Part shown: positions 20,699 to 30,051 of the stretch, piece by piece
Position numbering within the stretch: the first letter of the stretch is position 1
How the letters are laid out: each line of letters begins with the position of its first letter
Source of the DNA: Rebecca billardiae RCC1528
Lineage: Eukaryota; Protista; Haptophyta
DNA length: 64,000 bases
Direction of reading: 5' to 3'
Assembly: GCA_965240325.2 (NCBI GenBank)
Contig: OZ251228.1
Coordinates: forward strand, 62,001-126,000
Position numbers and translations under genes: made by a program
The notes under the pieces: model-generated
What the model was told of the DNA's origin: nothing
Seen by the model: only the letters and a program-made list of their open reading frames with translations
The model's database searches: none

Positions 20699-22015
20699 AT
20701 GGGGAAGGCCGCACAGCGAGCAGCCGTGCAGCAGATCATGGCGAACTCGTGCTTAGGCGTGACATACAGGAAGGATCAGCGCATCTCGAAGAAGACGTTG
20801 GCTGAGACCTATGATCGCCACAACCTCTCTGCGAACGATCGGTACGGCCAAGCCATCGGGATGGTGCTCGGGCTCATGTTTGGGGCAGACTTCGCCGAGC
20901 CAGATGCCGTGAATGTCGCTGCCGGGCTGTGCGAGGTCCAGCCAGCGACGATTCGCAAGTACTTGAAGTGGCATAAGACGGGCTGGGGGCCGAGCACTCA
21001 TGGGATGCAACGGCGCGGGCCACGGCCGAAGATCCAGAAACGAGTGAAGGAAGAGCTCGTGACCAAGCTCAACACTGGGCCGCTTGGCATGTCGGTTCGT
21101 GCGGCAGCGATCGAGGTGGCGAACGAGAACCCAGGCCAGAATGGGCTCCTGAAACTCTCCGACTCGACTCTGATACGCGCGATCGCCAAGGATCTGCGCT
21201 GGCAGCCAGTCAAGCTGATGAAAGGGCTTACGGATGAGCACATGCGCCTCCGCGCCGAGTGGTGCGCGCACGTCCTCAACCGCGTGCCCAACTTCTCACA
21301 GCGCATCTTCTTCACCGACTCAAAGTACTTCCGCTTCGACTTCACGACCAAGAAGATCAGCAGTTGGTCTCCCATCGACGGCTCAGGGCGGTCATTCGAC
21401 GAGTGGGCCAAAGGATCAGGGCTGGTGGTGCATGCGTATGCTGGCATCTGCTTCTACGGAATGACCGAGCGACTCATCTTTGTTACGGGAACGAAAGGTC
21501 CCAGTACCCTTGACAGCATGCCTGCTCCGCACTACCGTGCAGGGAACGCAGAGCCATGCCGTGGTGTGTGCGGCGCCGAGTACGCCACTCGCGTGGTGCC
21601 GAAGCTGACGGCTGCGGCGAAGCTGCTCTTCCCTCCCGAGATGCACGACCAGATCATCTTCCAGCAGGATCGAGCCTCCCCGCACATGACGCCGGAGGCG
21701 ATCGAGGCTGTGACGCAAGCGTTTCGCTGCTCCACTGTGGAGAAGGGGTCGCGCCTCTACTGGCCGTCTCGCAGCCCGGATCTGTCGCTTATCGAGCACA
21801 TCTGGGCTCAGGTCGAGCACGAGCTGAACCGCATCAAGCTGGTGTGGTACCAGAATCAGAAGCGGCCTGACAAGCCTGATCACGCTTGGTTCCACGATGC
21901 GGTCCAGCGCGCGTACGGGGAGGTATGCAGCAAGGTGAAGGTCAAGTCAATGTTCCGCCACTACAACCAGCGCTTGAGGGAGTGCCGCGATCGGTCAGGC
22001 GCGCAGGTCCGCTGA
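20699..22015 (+). CDS. IS630/Tc1/mariner-superfamily transposase, DD41E (438 aa)
   Basis: IFFTDSKYF (D, 21317), IIFQQDRASPH (D, 21668), WPSRSPDLSLIEHIW (E, 21794). N-terminal HTH-like region with GPRPKI linker. Intact and intronless. Confidence 0.93.
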   Translation: MGKAAQRAAVQQIMANSCLGVTYRKDQRISKKTLAETYDRHNLSANDRYGQAIGMVLGLMFGADFAEPDAVNVAAGLCEVQPATIRKYLKWHKTGWGPSTHGMQRRGPRPKIQKRVKEELVTKLNTGPLGMSVRAAAIEVANENPGQNGLLKLSDSTLIRAIAKDLRWQPVKLMKGLTDEHMRLRAEWCAHVLNRVPNFSQRIFFTDSKYFRFDFTTKKISSWSPIDGSGRSFDEWAKGSGLVVHAYAGICFYGMTERLIFVTGTKGPSTLDSMPAPHYRAGNAEPCRGVCGAEYATRVVPKLTAAAKLLFPPEMHDQIIFQQDRASPHMTPEAIEAVTQAFRCSTVEKGSRLYWPSRSPDLSLIEHIWAQVEHELNRIKLVWYQNQKRPDKPDHAWFHDAVQRAYGEVCSKVKVKSMFRHYNQRLRECRDRSGAQVR

Positions 22016-22124
22016 GAATGCTATATAGCGTCGCACGCGATAGTCGTCAGCAAATCATATCGTCATCAGACGACAGAACTCAAAATTGAAATAGATGAGT
22101 GATGATGGCTACGCCTACGGACTC

Positions 22125-25100
22125 ATACGGCGGAGAGCTGCGGCTGCGGCTAGAGCCAGCGAGAAGCGCCGAGTCGGCGCGCGCGCCGTGCGCATCTGAA
22201 GGGCGGGCTCGGGCACGTGGTACACGCGCGGGGGGCGTGCCGAGCGCGCGCGGGCGCGCGCGCGCTCGGCGCTCCTCCTGCGCCGCCGCCACGGCCGGAG
22301 TTTCGGCTCAGCTCAGATCTCACGACCTCCCGACCTGCCGATCAGCCGGCGCCTCACGGCTCAGGTAACAACACGGCTGCTGCGGCGCGTGCGCACACGC
22401 GCGCGCGCCGGCGCGGCGCTCAGCGCCAGGTACGGCCCCGGCGAGCGTACACATGGCACCGGCGGCCCGCCTCTACCGTCGCGCGCGCGAGAGCTTGATC
22501 TCGAATCTGACCAAGCTGAGCTGGGTGTGTCACGACCAACGGCTACGGAGAGCTGCGGCTGCGGCTAGAGCCAGCGAGAAGCGCCGAGTCGGCGCGCGCG
22601 CCGTGCGCATCTGAAGGGCGGGCTCGGGCACGTGGTACACGCGCGGGGGGCGTGCCGAGCGCGTACGGGCGCGCGCGCGCTCGGCGCTCCTCTTGCGCCG
22701 CCGCCACGGCCGGAGTTTCGGCTCTGCTCAGATCTCACGACCTCCCGACCTGCCGATCAGCCGGCGCCTCACGGCTCAGGTAACAACACGGCTGCTGCGG
22801 CGCGTGCGCACACGCGCGCGCGCCGGCGCGGCGCTCAGCGCCAGGTACGGCCCCGGCGAGCGTACACATGGCACCGGCGGCCCGCCTCTACCGTCGCGCG
22901 CGCGAGAGCTTGATCTCGAATCTGACCAAGCTGAGCTGGGTGTGTCACGACCAACGGCTACGGAGAGCTGCGGCTGCGGCTAGAGCCAGCGAGAAGCGCC
23001 GAGTCGGCGCGCGCGCCGTGCGCATCTGAAGGGCGGGCTCGGGCACGTGGTACACGCGCGGGGGGCGTGCCGAGCGCGTACGGGCGCGCGCGCGCTCGGC
23101 GCTCCTCTTGCGCCGCCGCCACGGCCGGAGTTTCGGCTCTGCTCAGATCTCACGACCTCCCGACCTGCCGATCAGCCGGCGCCTCACGGCTCAGGTAACA
23201 ACACGGCTGCTGCGGCGCGTGCGCACACGCGCGCGCGCCGGCGCGGCGCTCAGCGCCAGGTACGGCCCCGGCGAGCGTAAACATGGCACCGGCGGCCCGC
23301 CTCTACCGTCGCGCGCGCGAGAGCTTGATCTCGAATCTGACCAAGCTGAGCTGGGTGTGTCACGACCAACGGCTACGGAGAGCTGCGGCTGCGGCTAGAG
23401 CCAGCGAGAAGCACCGAGTCGGCGCGCGCACCGTGCGCATCTGAAGGGCGGGCTCGGGCATGCGGTACACGCGTGAGGGGCGTGCCGAGCGCGTGCGGGC
23501 GCGCGCGCGCTCGACGCTCCTCCTGCGCCGCCGCCACGGCCGGAGTTTCGGCTCAGCTCAGATCTCACGACCTCCCGACCTGCCGATCAGCCGGCGCCTC
23601 ACGGCTTAGGCAACAACACGGCTGCTGCGGCGCGTGCGCACACGCGCGCGCGCCGGCGCGGCGCTCAGCGCCAGGTACGGCCCCGGCGAGCGTACACATG
23701 GCACCGGCGGCCCGCCTCTACCGTCGCGCGCGCGAGAGCTTGATCTCGAATCTGACCAAGCTGAGCTGGGTGTGTCACGACCAACGGCTACGGAGAGCTG
23801 CGGCTAGAGCCAGCGAGAAGCGCCGAGTCGGCGCGCGCGCCGTGCGCATCTGAAGGGCGGGCTCGGGCATGCGGTACACGCGCGGGGGGCGTGCCGAGCG
23901 CGTACGGGCGCGCGCGCGCTCGGCGCTCCTCTTGCGCCGCCGCCACGGCCGGAGTTTCGGCTCAGCTCAGATCTCACGACCTCCCGACCTGCCGATCAGC
24001 CGGCGCCTCACGGCTCAGGTAACAACACGGCTGCTGCGGCGCGTGCGCACACGCGCGCGCGCCGGCGCGGCGCTCAGCGCCAGGTACGGCCCCGGCGAGC
24101 GTACACATGGCACCGGCGGCCCGCCTCTACCGTCGCGCGCGCGAGAGCTTGATCTCGAATCTGACCAAGCTGAGCTGGGTGTGTCACGACCAACGGCTAC
24201 GGAGAGCTGCGGCTGCGGCTAGAGCCAGCGAGAAGCACCGAGTCGGCGCGCGCACCGTGCGCATCTGAAGGGCGGGCTCGGGCATGCGGTACACGCGTGA
24301 GGGGCGTGCCGAGCGCGTGTGGGCGCGCGCGCGCTCGACGCTCCTCCTGCGCCGCCGCCACGGCCGGAGTTTCGGCTCAGCTCAGATCTCACGACCTCCC
24401 GACCTGCCGATCAGCCGGCGCCTCACGGCTTAGGCAACAACACGGCTGCTGCGGCGCGTGCGCACACGCGCGCGCGCCGGCGCGGCGCTCAGCGCCAGGT
24501 ACGGCCCCGGCGAGCGTACACATGGCACCGGCGGCCCGCCTCTACTGTCGCGCGCGCAAGAGCTCGAGCTCGAATCTGACCAAGCTGAGCTGGGTGTGTC
24601 ACGACCAACGGCTACGGAGAGCTGCGGCTGCGGCTAGAGCCAGCGAGAAGCGCCGAGTCGGCGCGCGCGCCGTGCGCATCTGAAGGGCGGGCTCGGGCAC
24701 GTGGTACACGCGCGGGGGGCGTGCCGAGCGCGCGCGGGCGCGCGCGCGCTCGGCGCTCCTCCTGCGCCGCCGCCACGGCCGGAGTTTCGGCTCAGCTCAG
24801 ATCTCACGACCTCCCGACCTGCCGATCAGCCGGCGCCTCACGGCTCAGGTAACAACACGGCTGCTGCGGCGCGTGCGCACACGCGCGCGCGCCGGCGCGG
24901 CGCTCAGCGCCAGGTACGGCCCCGGCGAGCGTACACATGGCACCGGCGGCCCGCCTCTACCGTCGCGCGCGCGAGAGCTCGAGCTCGAATCTGACCAAGC
25001 TGAGCTGGGTGTGTCACGACCAACGGCTACGGAGAGCTGCGGCTGCGGCTAGAGCCAGCGAGAAGCGCCGAGTCGGCGCGCGCGCCGTGCGCATCTGAAG

Positions 25101-25155
25101 GGCGGGCTCGGGCATGCGGTACACGCGCGGGGGGCGTGCCGAGCGCGCGCGCGAG
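22125..25155 (+). repeat. Tandem array of 415-bp unit, 7 full copies plus a partial copy
   Basis: ggagagctgcggct at 22132, 22547, 22962, 23377, 23792, 24201, 24616, 25031 (one unit is 409 bp). Confidence 0.96.
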
Positions 25156-25464
25156 CGCTCGAGGTCACAACTCCTGTGGCTGATTTGATCTTGCGTTCTC
25201 AGTGGCCTAGGCCATGGTCACCACATGTCACGTCCCTGACTGACGCTTACGAATGACAACCCAGTCATGTTGCCAATGGAGCAGCACAGTCTCGTGCAAC
25301 GGGGAGAAGCCGGCTACTCCGAGCGCTCCGGCACGATCAGTCCTAGCCATATAGCGCGCGCGCCAGCCAGAGTCGAAACGGACTGCGCGCGTCAGAGTGA
25401 ACCTTCGTCGACACCTCCTACGATGATGCTCACGTCTCACGCGGGTTTTCAGCAGCCTCCGACT

Positions 25465-26276
25465 TAGTGGCCCTCAAGTTTAAGCGATAAAATCAAGCGG
25501 CTGCTCTATCGTCGGCGCTGAAGGTGAAGGCCGTGGTGCTGATGGCTGCGTACTTGGGGCTGATGCCCGCCCACAGTCACGTGTTCAGCCTTGCCGTGTC
25601 GTGCGCGAGGCGGCGGTAGCGTGCGCTGAAAGTAGGTGCAGCCGATCGGCGAGCTCGACGGTAGCCGCGCGGCGGCCTCCCGACCAAGCCGTGTGAGGCA
25701 GCCGCCGGCCTGCGCCTGCGAGTCCTCCGTGCGTGGAGCTAGGCTCCCACGCGTGGCCCGAGGCGTACACGGGGTGCCGTCCGAGCGCGCCAGTACACAC
25801 CGAGCGCAGCAAGCTGGGCACCCTGCGCGGCAGGAGCATCCAATCGAGCGAGCGCTGCCCACGAGATGAGCCCGTCGAGCCGCTGGCACGGCCCGGCGCG
25901 GCAGCTGCGCGAAAGTCTGTGGTGCGCCTGCACGTGGTCAAAGCACGAGCTCACACGCTGTGTGTGGACCAGGGACCCAGAGTGTACGTGCATGCGCACC
26001 ACGCTCGAATTTATTGCGTGCGTGGAGCGGCGCTGTGCGTGCACGACCATGCTGGTGCATGTGAGACCAGTCAGGTCTGTGCGCGATGGCCGGCCGCGCG
26101 AGCGCGCGCGTGCGCGACACAGCACACTTGCGGGCGAGCCGTGTGTCTGCGCAGACGCGGGTGCTCCCCGGCCGTGCGCCACGAGCGAGAGAGCCGCCAT
26201 GGTGCGCTCGTCACGGCGTGAGCGGGCGTGCAATCACGTAGCCAGCGAAGCGAACGCTTAAACCTGAGGGGTACTA
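25465..26276 (+). repeat. 812-bp MITE-like module, copy 2
   Basis: Direct copy of 19400-20211 (offset 6065). Confidence 0.93.
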
Positions 26277-26438
26277 TACCGGCAAAGCCCACCGGCCGTC
26301 CCGGCCCGGCGGGTGGCGCCCCCCCCCTCGTTTGACCGCTGACCGTACAGTAAGTACTCTGTATCTCACCAGACTCCAGTCACACAGTGCCTACTGTACT
26401 GTCATAGTAGTAGTAGTAGTGCGGCATCAGGCGATTGC

Positions 26439-27542
26439 CTACGCACACGCGGTCCCGACCCCTTGGCGCGTGTACGCGCCGTCGCCCGTGTGCGCGACGA
26501 TGGCCGGTTGGCCGCTGCCGGGGAGCACGCCCCAGTGCCACTGCGCGCGCTGGCCCCGCGGCGGTGCGGCGTCAGCAGCGTCGTCTGGGAGGACAAACAT
26601 GGTGGGGGTGTGGGCGGGCATCGCCATCGGGAGCGGCTGGCTGCCGTTCGCCGGCGCGAGCCCCTTGCCCGTCGTCTGGCACGCGGCGACGTCGGTGCGG
26701 CGCAGGTACTCCGCCCGGGACCACGCCGCCGCCGTGCTGCCAAGGGCTGCTGCAGCCGAGCCGTTTGTCTTCTGAGGCGCCAGCTCGCGCACGATCAGCG
26801 CTGTGCAGGGGATGAGGTGCAGCCGCAGAGCGCTCACGGAGAGGAGGGCGCGACCGAGTCGGCACTCGGTGCAGAGCGCGTTGCCGCGCGCGCCGGACCC
26901 CCCGTAGCTCGCGTACAGCCGGCGGTAGTACGCCTCGGCCGCGCCGCGCGTGAGCACGCCGAAAACGTCCTTGGCGCACGTCCACGGAGGGCCGCGCCGC
27001 TCGCGGCAGCCGCCGAGCCGCGTCGTGTACGCGCGCTCCTCGCGGCCGGGGGGCGCGCGCAGCTGCAGCTGGAACGGGACGAACACGTCGGTGCGCATGC
27101 GCACCACCCAGTCGTACGCGCGTCCGAGCGCCAGCTCGCGCGCGCGCACCTGAGTGTACCCGCCGAGATTTGCAAACGCCATGGCAAAGCCGCCGGGCGC
27201 GGCGGGAAGACGGCGCCGCCCTTGCGGCGGGACGGGCACGTAGTCGCGGTGTGCGACGGCCCTGTGCGCGCGGCTGCTGTACACCGTGAAGCTCACCAGC
27301 CCGGCCGCGGGCGTGCGCACCCCGCTCGCCCTGAGGGCGGCCAGCGCGTCCGTGAGGTTGTTGGGCGTCGCGTGGACCGGCGCGGCGACCCCAAAGTGCA
27401 TGAAGTACTCGACCCGGTCGGAGGGGCCGGGGAGGACGGTGCTCAGCGCCGACTCGGCGACCTGCTGCCACGTGCGCACCTGGCCCGTGATGCACACCGC
27501 CACGTACAGGCCCGTCGCGCCGAGCTGTCCAGCGACGCCCAT
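26439..27542 (-). CDS. Putative glycosyltransferase-like protein (AVCxxGQxR / YDxVxRxRxD family)
   Basis: Motifs VAVCITGQVR, YDWVVRMRTDV, KDVFGV, CTECRL; 367-aa ORF. Confidence 0.6.
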   Translation of the reverse strand: MGVAGQLGATGLYVAVCITGQVRTWQQVAESALSTVLPGPSDRVEYFMHFGVAAPVHATPNNLTDALAALRASGVRTPAAGLVSFTVYSSRAHRAVAHRDYVPVPPQGRRRLPAAPGGFAMAFANLGGYTQVRARELALGRAYDWVVRMRTDVFVPFQLQLRAPPGREERAYTTRLGGCRERRGPPWTCAKDVFGVLTRGAAEAYYRRLYASYGGSGARGNALCTECRLGRALLSVSALRLHLIPCTALIVRELAPQKTNGSAAAALGSTAAAWSRAEYLRRTDVAACQTTGKGLAPANGSQPLPMAMPAHTPTMFVLPDDAADAAPPRGQRAQWHWGVLPGSGQPAIVAHTGDGAYTRQGVGTACA

Positions 27543-27959
27543 CGTCGTCAGGGACCGGGCCGGAAGTGCCGGGTACAGTACTGGGGAAGTGAGGAGGGGG
27601 CCCTATCGTCGTGATCGTCTGAACCGTCATCGCGCTTACTGCAGTGCAGGATTGTGAGATGATGATCGAGTGCCGGTTCATCATTCCATAGCTAATATTG
27701 ACGAGAGGTCTACGCGGTATATATATATATATACATATCTAGTCGTCGTTATTATTACGCCGTATCATAGTAATATATTGACGATATGATAAAGTCATAT
27801 CGCTGATGGTTCGGGTGGCGGGTTCCGCGAAGTTCGGGTCGGCCGGTCGGGTAGCAGGTAGTACGATGCTCATAGTGACGTCGGCTCCCTGAGGTGCCCC
27901 GGGCCCGGCCGCGCGCCACTATGGCTCGTCATCCTCCGAGTGCAATCGTCTCCTCGGTC

Positions 27960-29873
27960 TCACTCCGCCGGCACCTCGATGAGGATGCGCGCCAGCTTGA
28001 AGCGCGTGCCCCCGTCGGGCGAGGACGAGGCGTTGAGCACGCGCAGCTCGAGCACGCACGCCGCCGCCTCCGCCAGCACGGCACCCGCCGCAGCAGCGGC
28101 ACCCGCCGCCGGCGGCAGGCTGGGCGTCGCCACGGCTCGGCCAGCAGGCAGCGCGGCGGGCGCGGCGGCGGGCGTCGGCCGCGCGCCGGAGCGCCGCGCG
28201 AGCAGACTCAGGCGCTCGGTCGCGAGCACGGACGCGCGCGGCACCGCGCGATACCCGTCCACCTCCGTGTCCGCGCACGCGCACGCGGCCGCGCACGAGA
28301 CGCGCACGCGGCCCATGCGCTCGTACGAGCGGAGGAACTCAAGCGCGACGACGGCGCCGCCGGCCGCCGCGCCCGGCGGCAGCCCAAGTCCCAGCCTGAG
28401 CACAGCCCCCGGCGCGGCGCTCCCGATCCCCGGCTTGTCCCGGGTGGCGGAGCCGGAGGCCGTCTCGGCAAACGCCCAGCCCGAGCTGCCCGGGAGGATG
28501 GCGGGCGGCGCGCCGCGCGCCGCGACGATCGAGGGCGGCTTGCTCTGCCGCCTCCGCCGCGCCGCGGCGGAGGCGGCGCCGGCAGGCGCGGCGGGCGCGG
28601 CGCGTGCGCTGGAGGGTGCGCTCGAGCTACCGGCCACGGCTCCCGCCGGCGCCACGCCTCGCGCGCGCACCTGCGTCGCCGCCTCGTAGCCCTCTCGGTC
28701 GAAGGAGAAGCACAGCACGCCCTGCGTGCGCGGCAGCGGCGCCGTGGGGCGCGGCAGAGCCGGCGGCGCGCGCGCGCGCGCGCCGCGCCGCGCCCACGCC
28801 GCGCCCACGCCGGCGTGCACGCGCGCCGCGACCAGCCGCGCGACCAGCGCGCGCGCGCGCGCCGAGGGCGCCGGGTGCAGCCCGTCATGCGTGAGTGACG
28901 AAATCTTGAGCCCGGACTCTCGCGCCTCGAACGCGGCGGCGTACGCGCCGCCGAGCGAGGCGAGGGCGAGGTCGTAGTGCCGCGCGAGCGCGCGCGCGCC
29001 CAGCACGCCCGCCTGCCCGGCGAGCACCTCGCGGGACGCGGGCGGCAGCCGCTCGGCCGTGCGCGCCCCACGCGCCGCGGCCGAGCGGTTGGCGTCGCCC
29101 GGCCCGAGCCAGCGGCCGAGCGCGGCGGCGGAGGTCATGTACGCGCCGAGCGCGGCGGCGGGGGCGGCGGGGGCGGCGGCCTCGGGGAGCCCGCGCGCCG
29201 CGCCCTGCGCCGCGACGTACGCGAGCACGCTCGTCGGCCGCGGCACGACGGGCGGGTGCAGCAGGAAGCGGAAGAATTCGATCAGAACAATCGGCGCGCG
29301 CGTTGACGCCGAGAGCAGCCGCCGCACCAGCCGCTCGGCGGGCTCGCTCGCGCCTTCGATGGTGAGGTCGAGGAGGACGAGGTGCGGCTCGAAGCCCAGG
29401 TACGACGCCGGGCACGCCGCGATCGCCGGCACGAGGCTGCCGCCCGGCTCGCCCAGATTGTACAGCCGGTGCCCTGCGTGTGGGTAGCTCTGGTTGAGCA
29501 GCCGCACCGTCTCGAGCGCCCAGCCGCCGGAAGCGCCCCACGCGCCGCAGCGCGAGCCGCAGCAGGACGGGCAGCGGCGAAGGCACGCCTCGCTCTGCAG
29601 CACCGGCGCCGGGTGCGTGCACCCGCCCTGCACGCCCACCAGGCTCGAGCCGACAGCAAACACCGTGATCGGCTGCCGCTCGCGCAGCCGGCGCGCGAGC
29701 GCGGACCAGTGCGCCGGGCTGCCCGCGGTGCCGGCCCACGGGCGGGCGAAGAGGGCGGTCGGCACCTCCACGCCGGGCGCGCCCGACGGCCCCGCCGAGC
29801 CCGCCGCGAGCGCGAGCGCGAGCAGTGCAAGCCACGCCGCCCGGCCGGGGAGGCCGCCATCGGCCGGCGGCAT
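27960..29873 (-). CDS. Secreted SGNH-hydrolase-fold protein (putative polysaccharide O-acetyl esterase/transferase)
   Basis: Signal peptide; block I VFAVGSS, block II YNLGEPGG, block III HLVLLD, block V HDGLHP; C-terminal KPG...FLRSYERMG...C-C domain. Confidence 0.78.
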   Translation of the reverse strand: MPPADGGLPGRAAWLALLALALAAGSAGPSGAPGVEVPTALFARPWAGTAGSPAHWSALARRLRERQPITVFAVGSSLVGVQGGCTHPAPVLQSEACLRRCPSCCGSRCGAWGASGGWALETVRLLNQSYPHAGHRLYNLGEPGGSLVPAIAACPASYLGFEPHLVLLDLTIEGASEPAERLVRRLLSASTRAPIVLIEFFRFLLHPPVVPRPTSVLAYVAAQGAARGLPEAAAPAAPAAALGAYMTSAAALGRWLGPGDANRSAAARGARTAERLPPASREVLAGQAGVLGARALARHYDLALASLGGAYAAAFEARESGLKISSLTHDGLHPAPSARARALVARLVAARVHAGVGAAWARRGARARAPPALPRPTAPLPRTQGVLCFSFDREGYEAATQVRARGVAPAGAVAGSSSAPSSARAAPAAPAGAASAAARRRRQSKPPSIVAARGAPPAILPGSSGWAFAETASGSATRDKPGIGSAAPGAVLRLGLGLPPGAAAGGAVVALEFLRSYERMGRVRVSCAAACACADTEVDGYRAVPRASVLATERLSLLARRSGARPTPAAAPAALPAGRAVATPSLPPAAGAAAAAGAVLAEAAACVLELRVLNASSSPDGGTRFKLARILIEVPAE

Positions 29874-30051
29874 CAGACCTCATCACATTTGAAGACATTT
29901 TTCCTCGGGATCCGGTGCAAACTGCAAATTGTCAAATTGAACATCCGGAGGCTTTGACCCGCGTTGCTGGCCGTCAGCATGGCGACCCGGGACTAGCCCC
30001 GCGCGGAGGCTTGGCCATCGCCACGTGCGCGGGGCGGGCGGTCGGGGCGCG

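Larger units (their letters stand above)
19400..26276 (+). mobile_element. Composite IS630/Tc1-type DNA transposon with 812-bp direct terminal modules
   Basis: Direct repeats 19400-20211 and 25465-26276; extra TA at both outer flanks (19398-99, 26277-78); internal DDE transposase. Confidence 0.75.

Noticed and set aside
22015-25465. Fanzor/TnpB cargo beside the transposase
   Set aside because: No RuvC or zinc-finger ORF is visible; the region is tandem repeat.
19400-26276. LTR retrotransposon interpretation of the 812-bp direct repeats
   Set aside because: No TG...CA ends, gag or RT; the interior encodes a Tc1-type transposase and the repeats carry TIRs with TA flanks.
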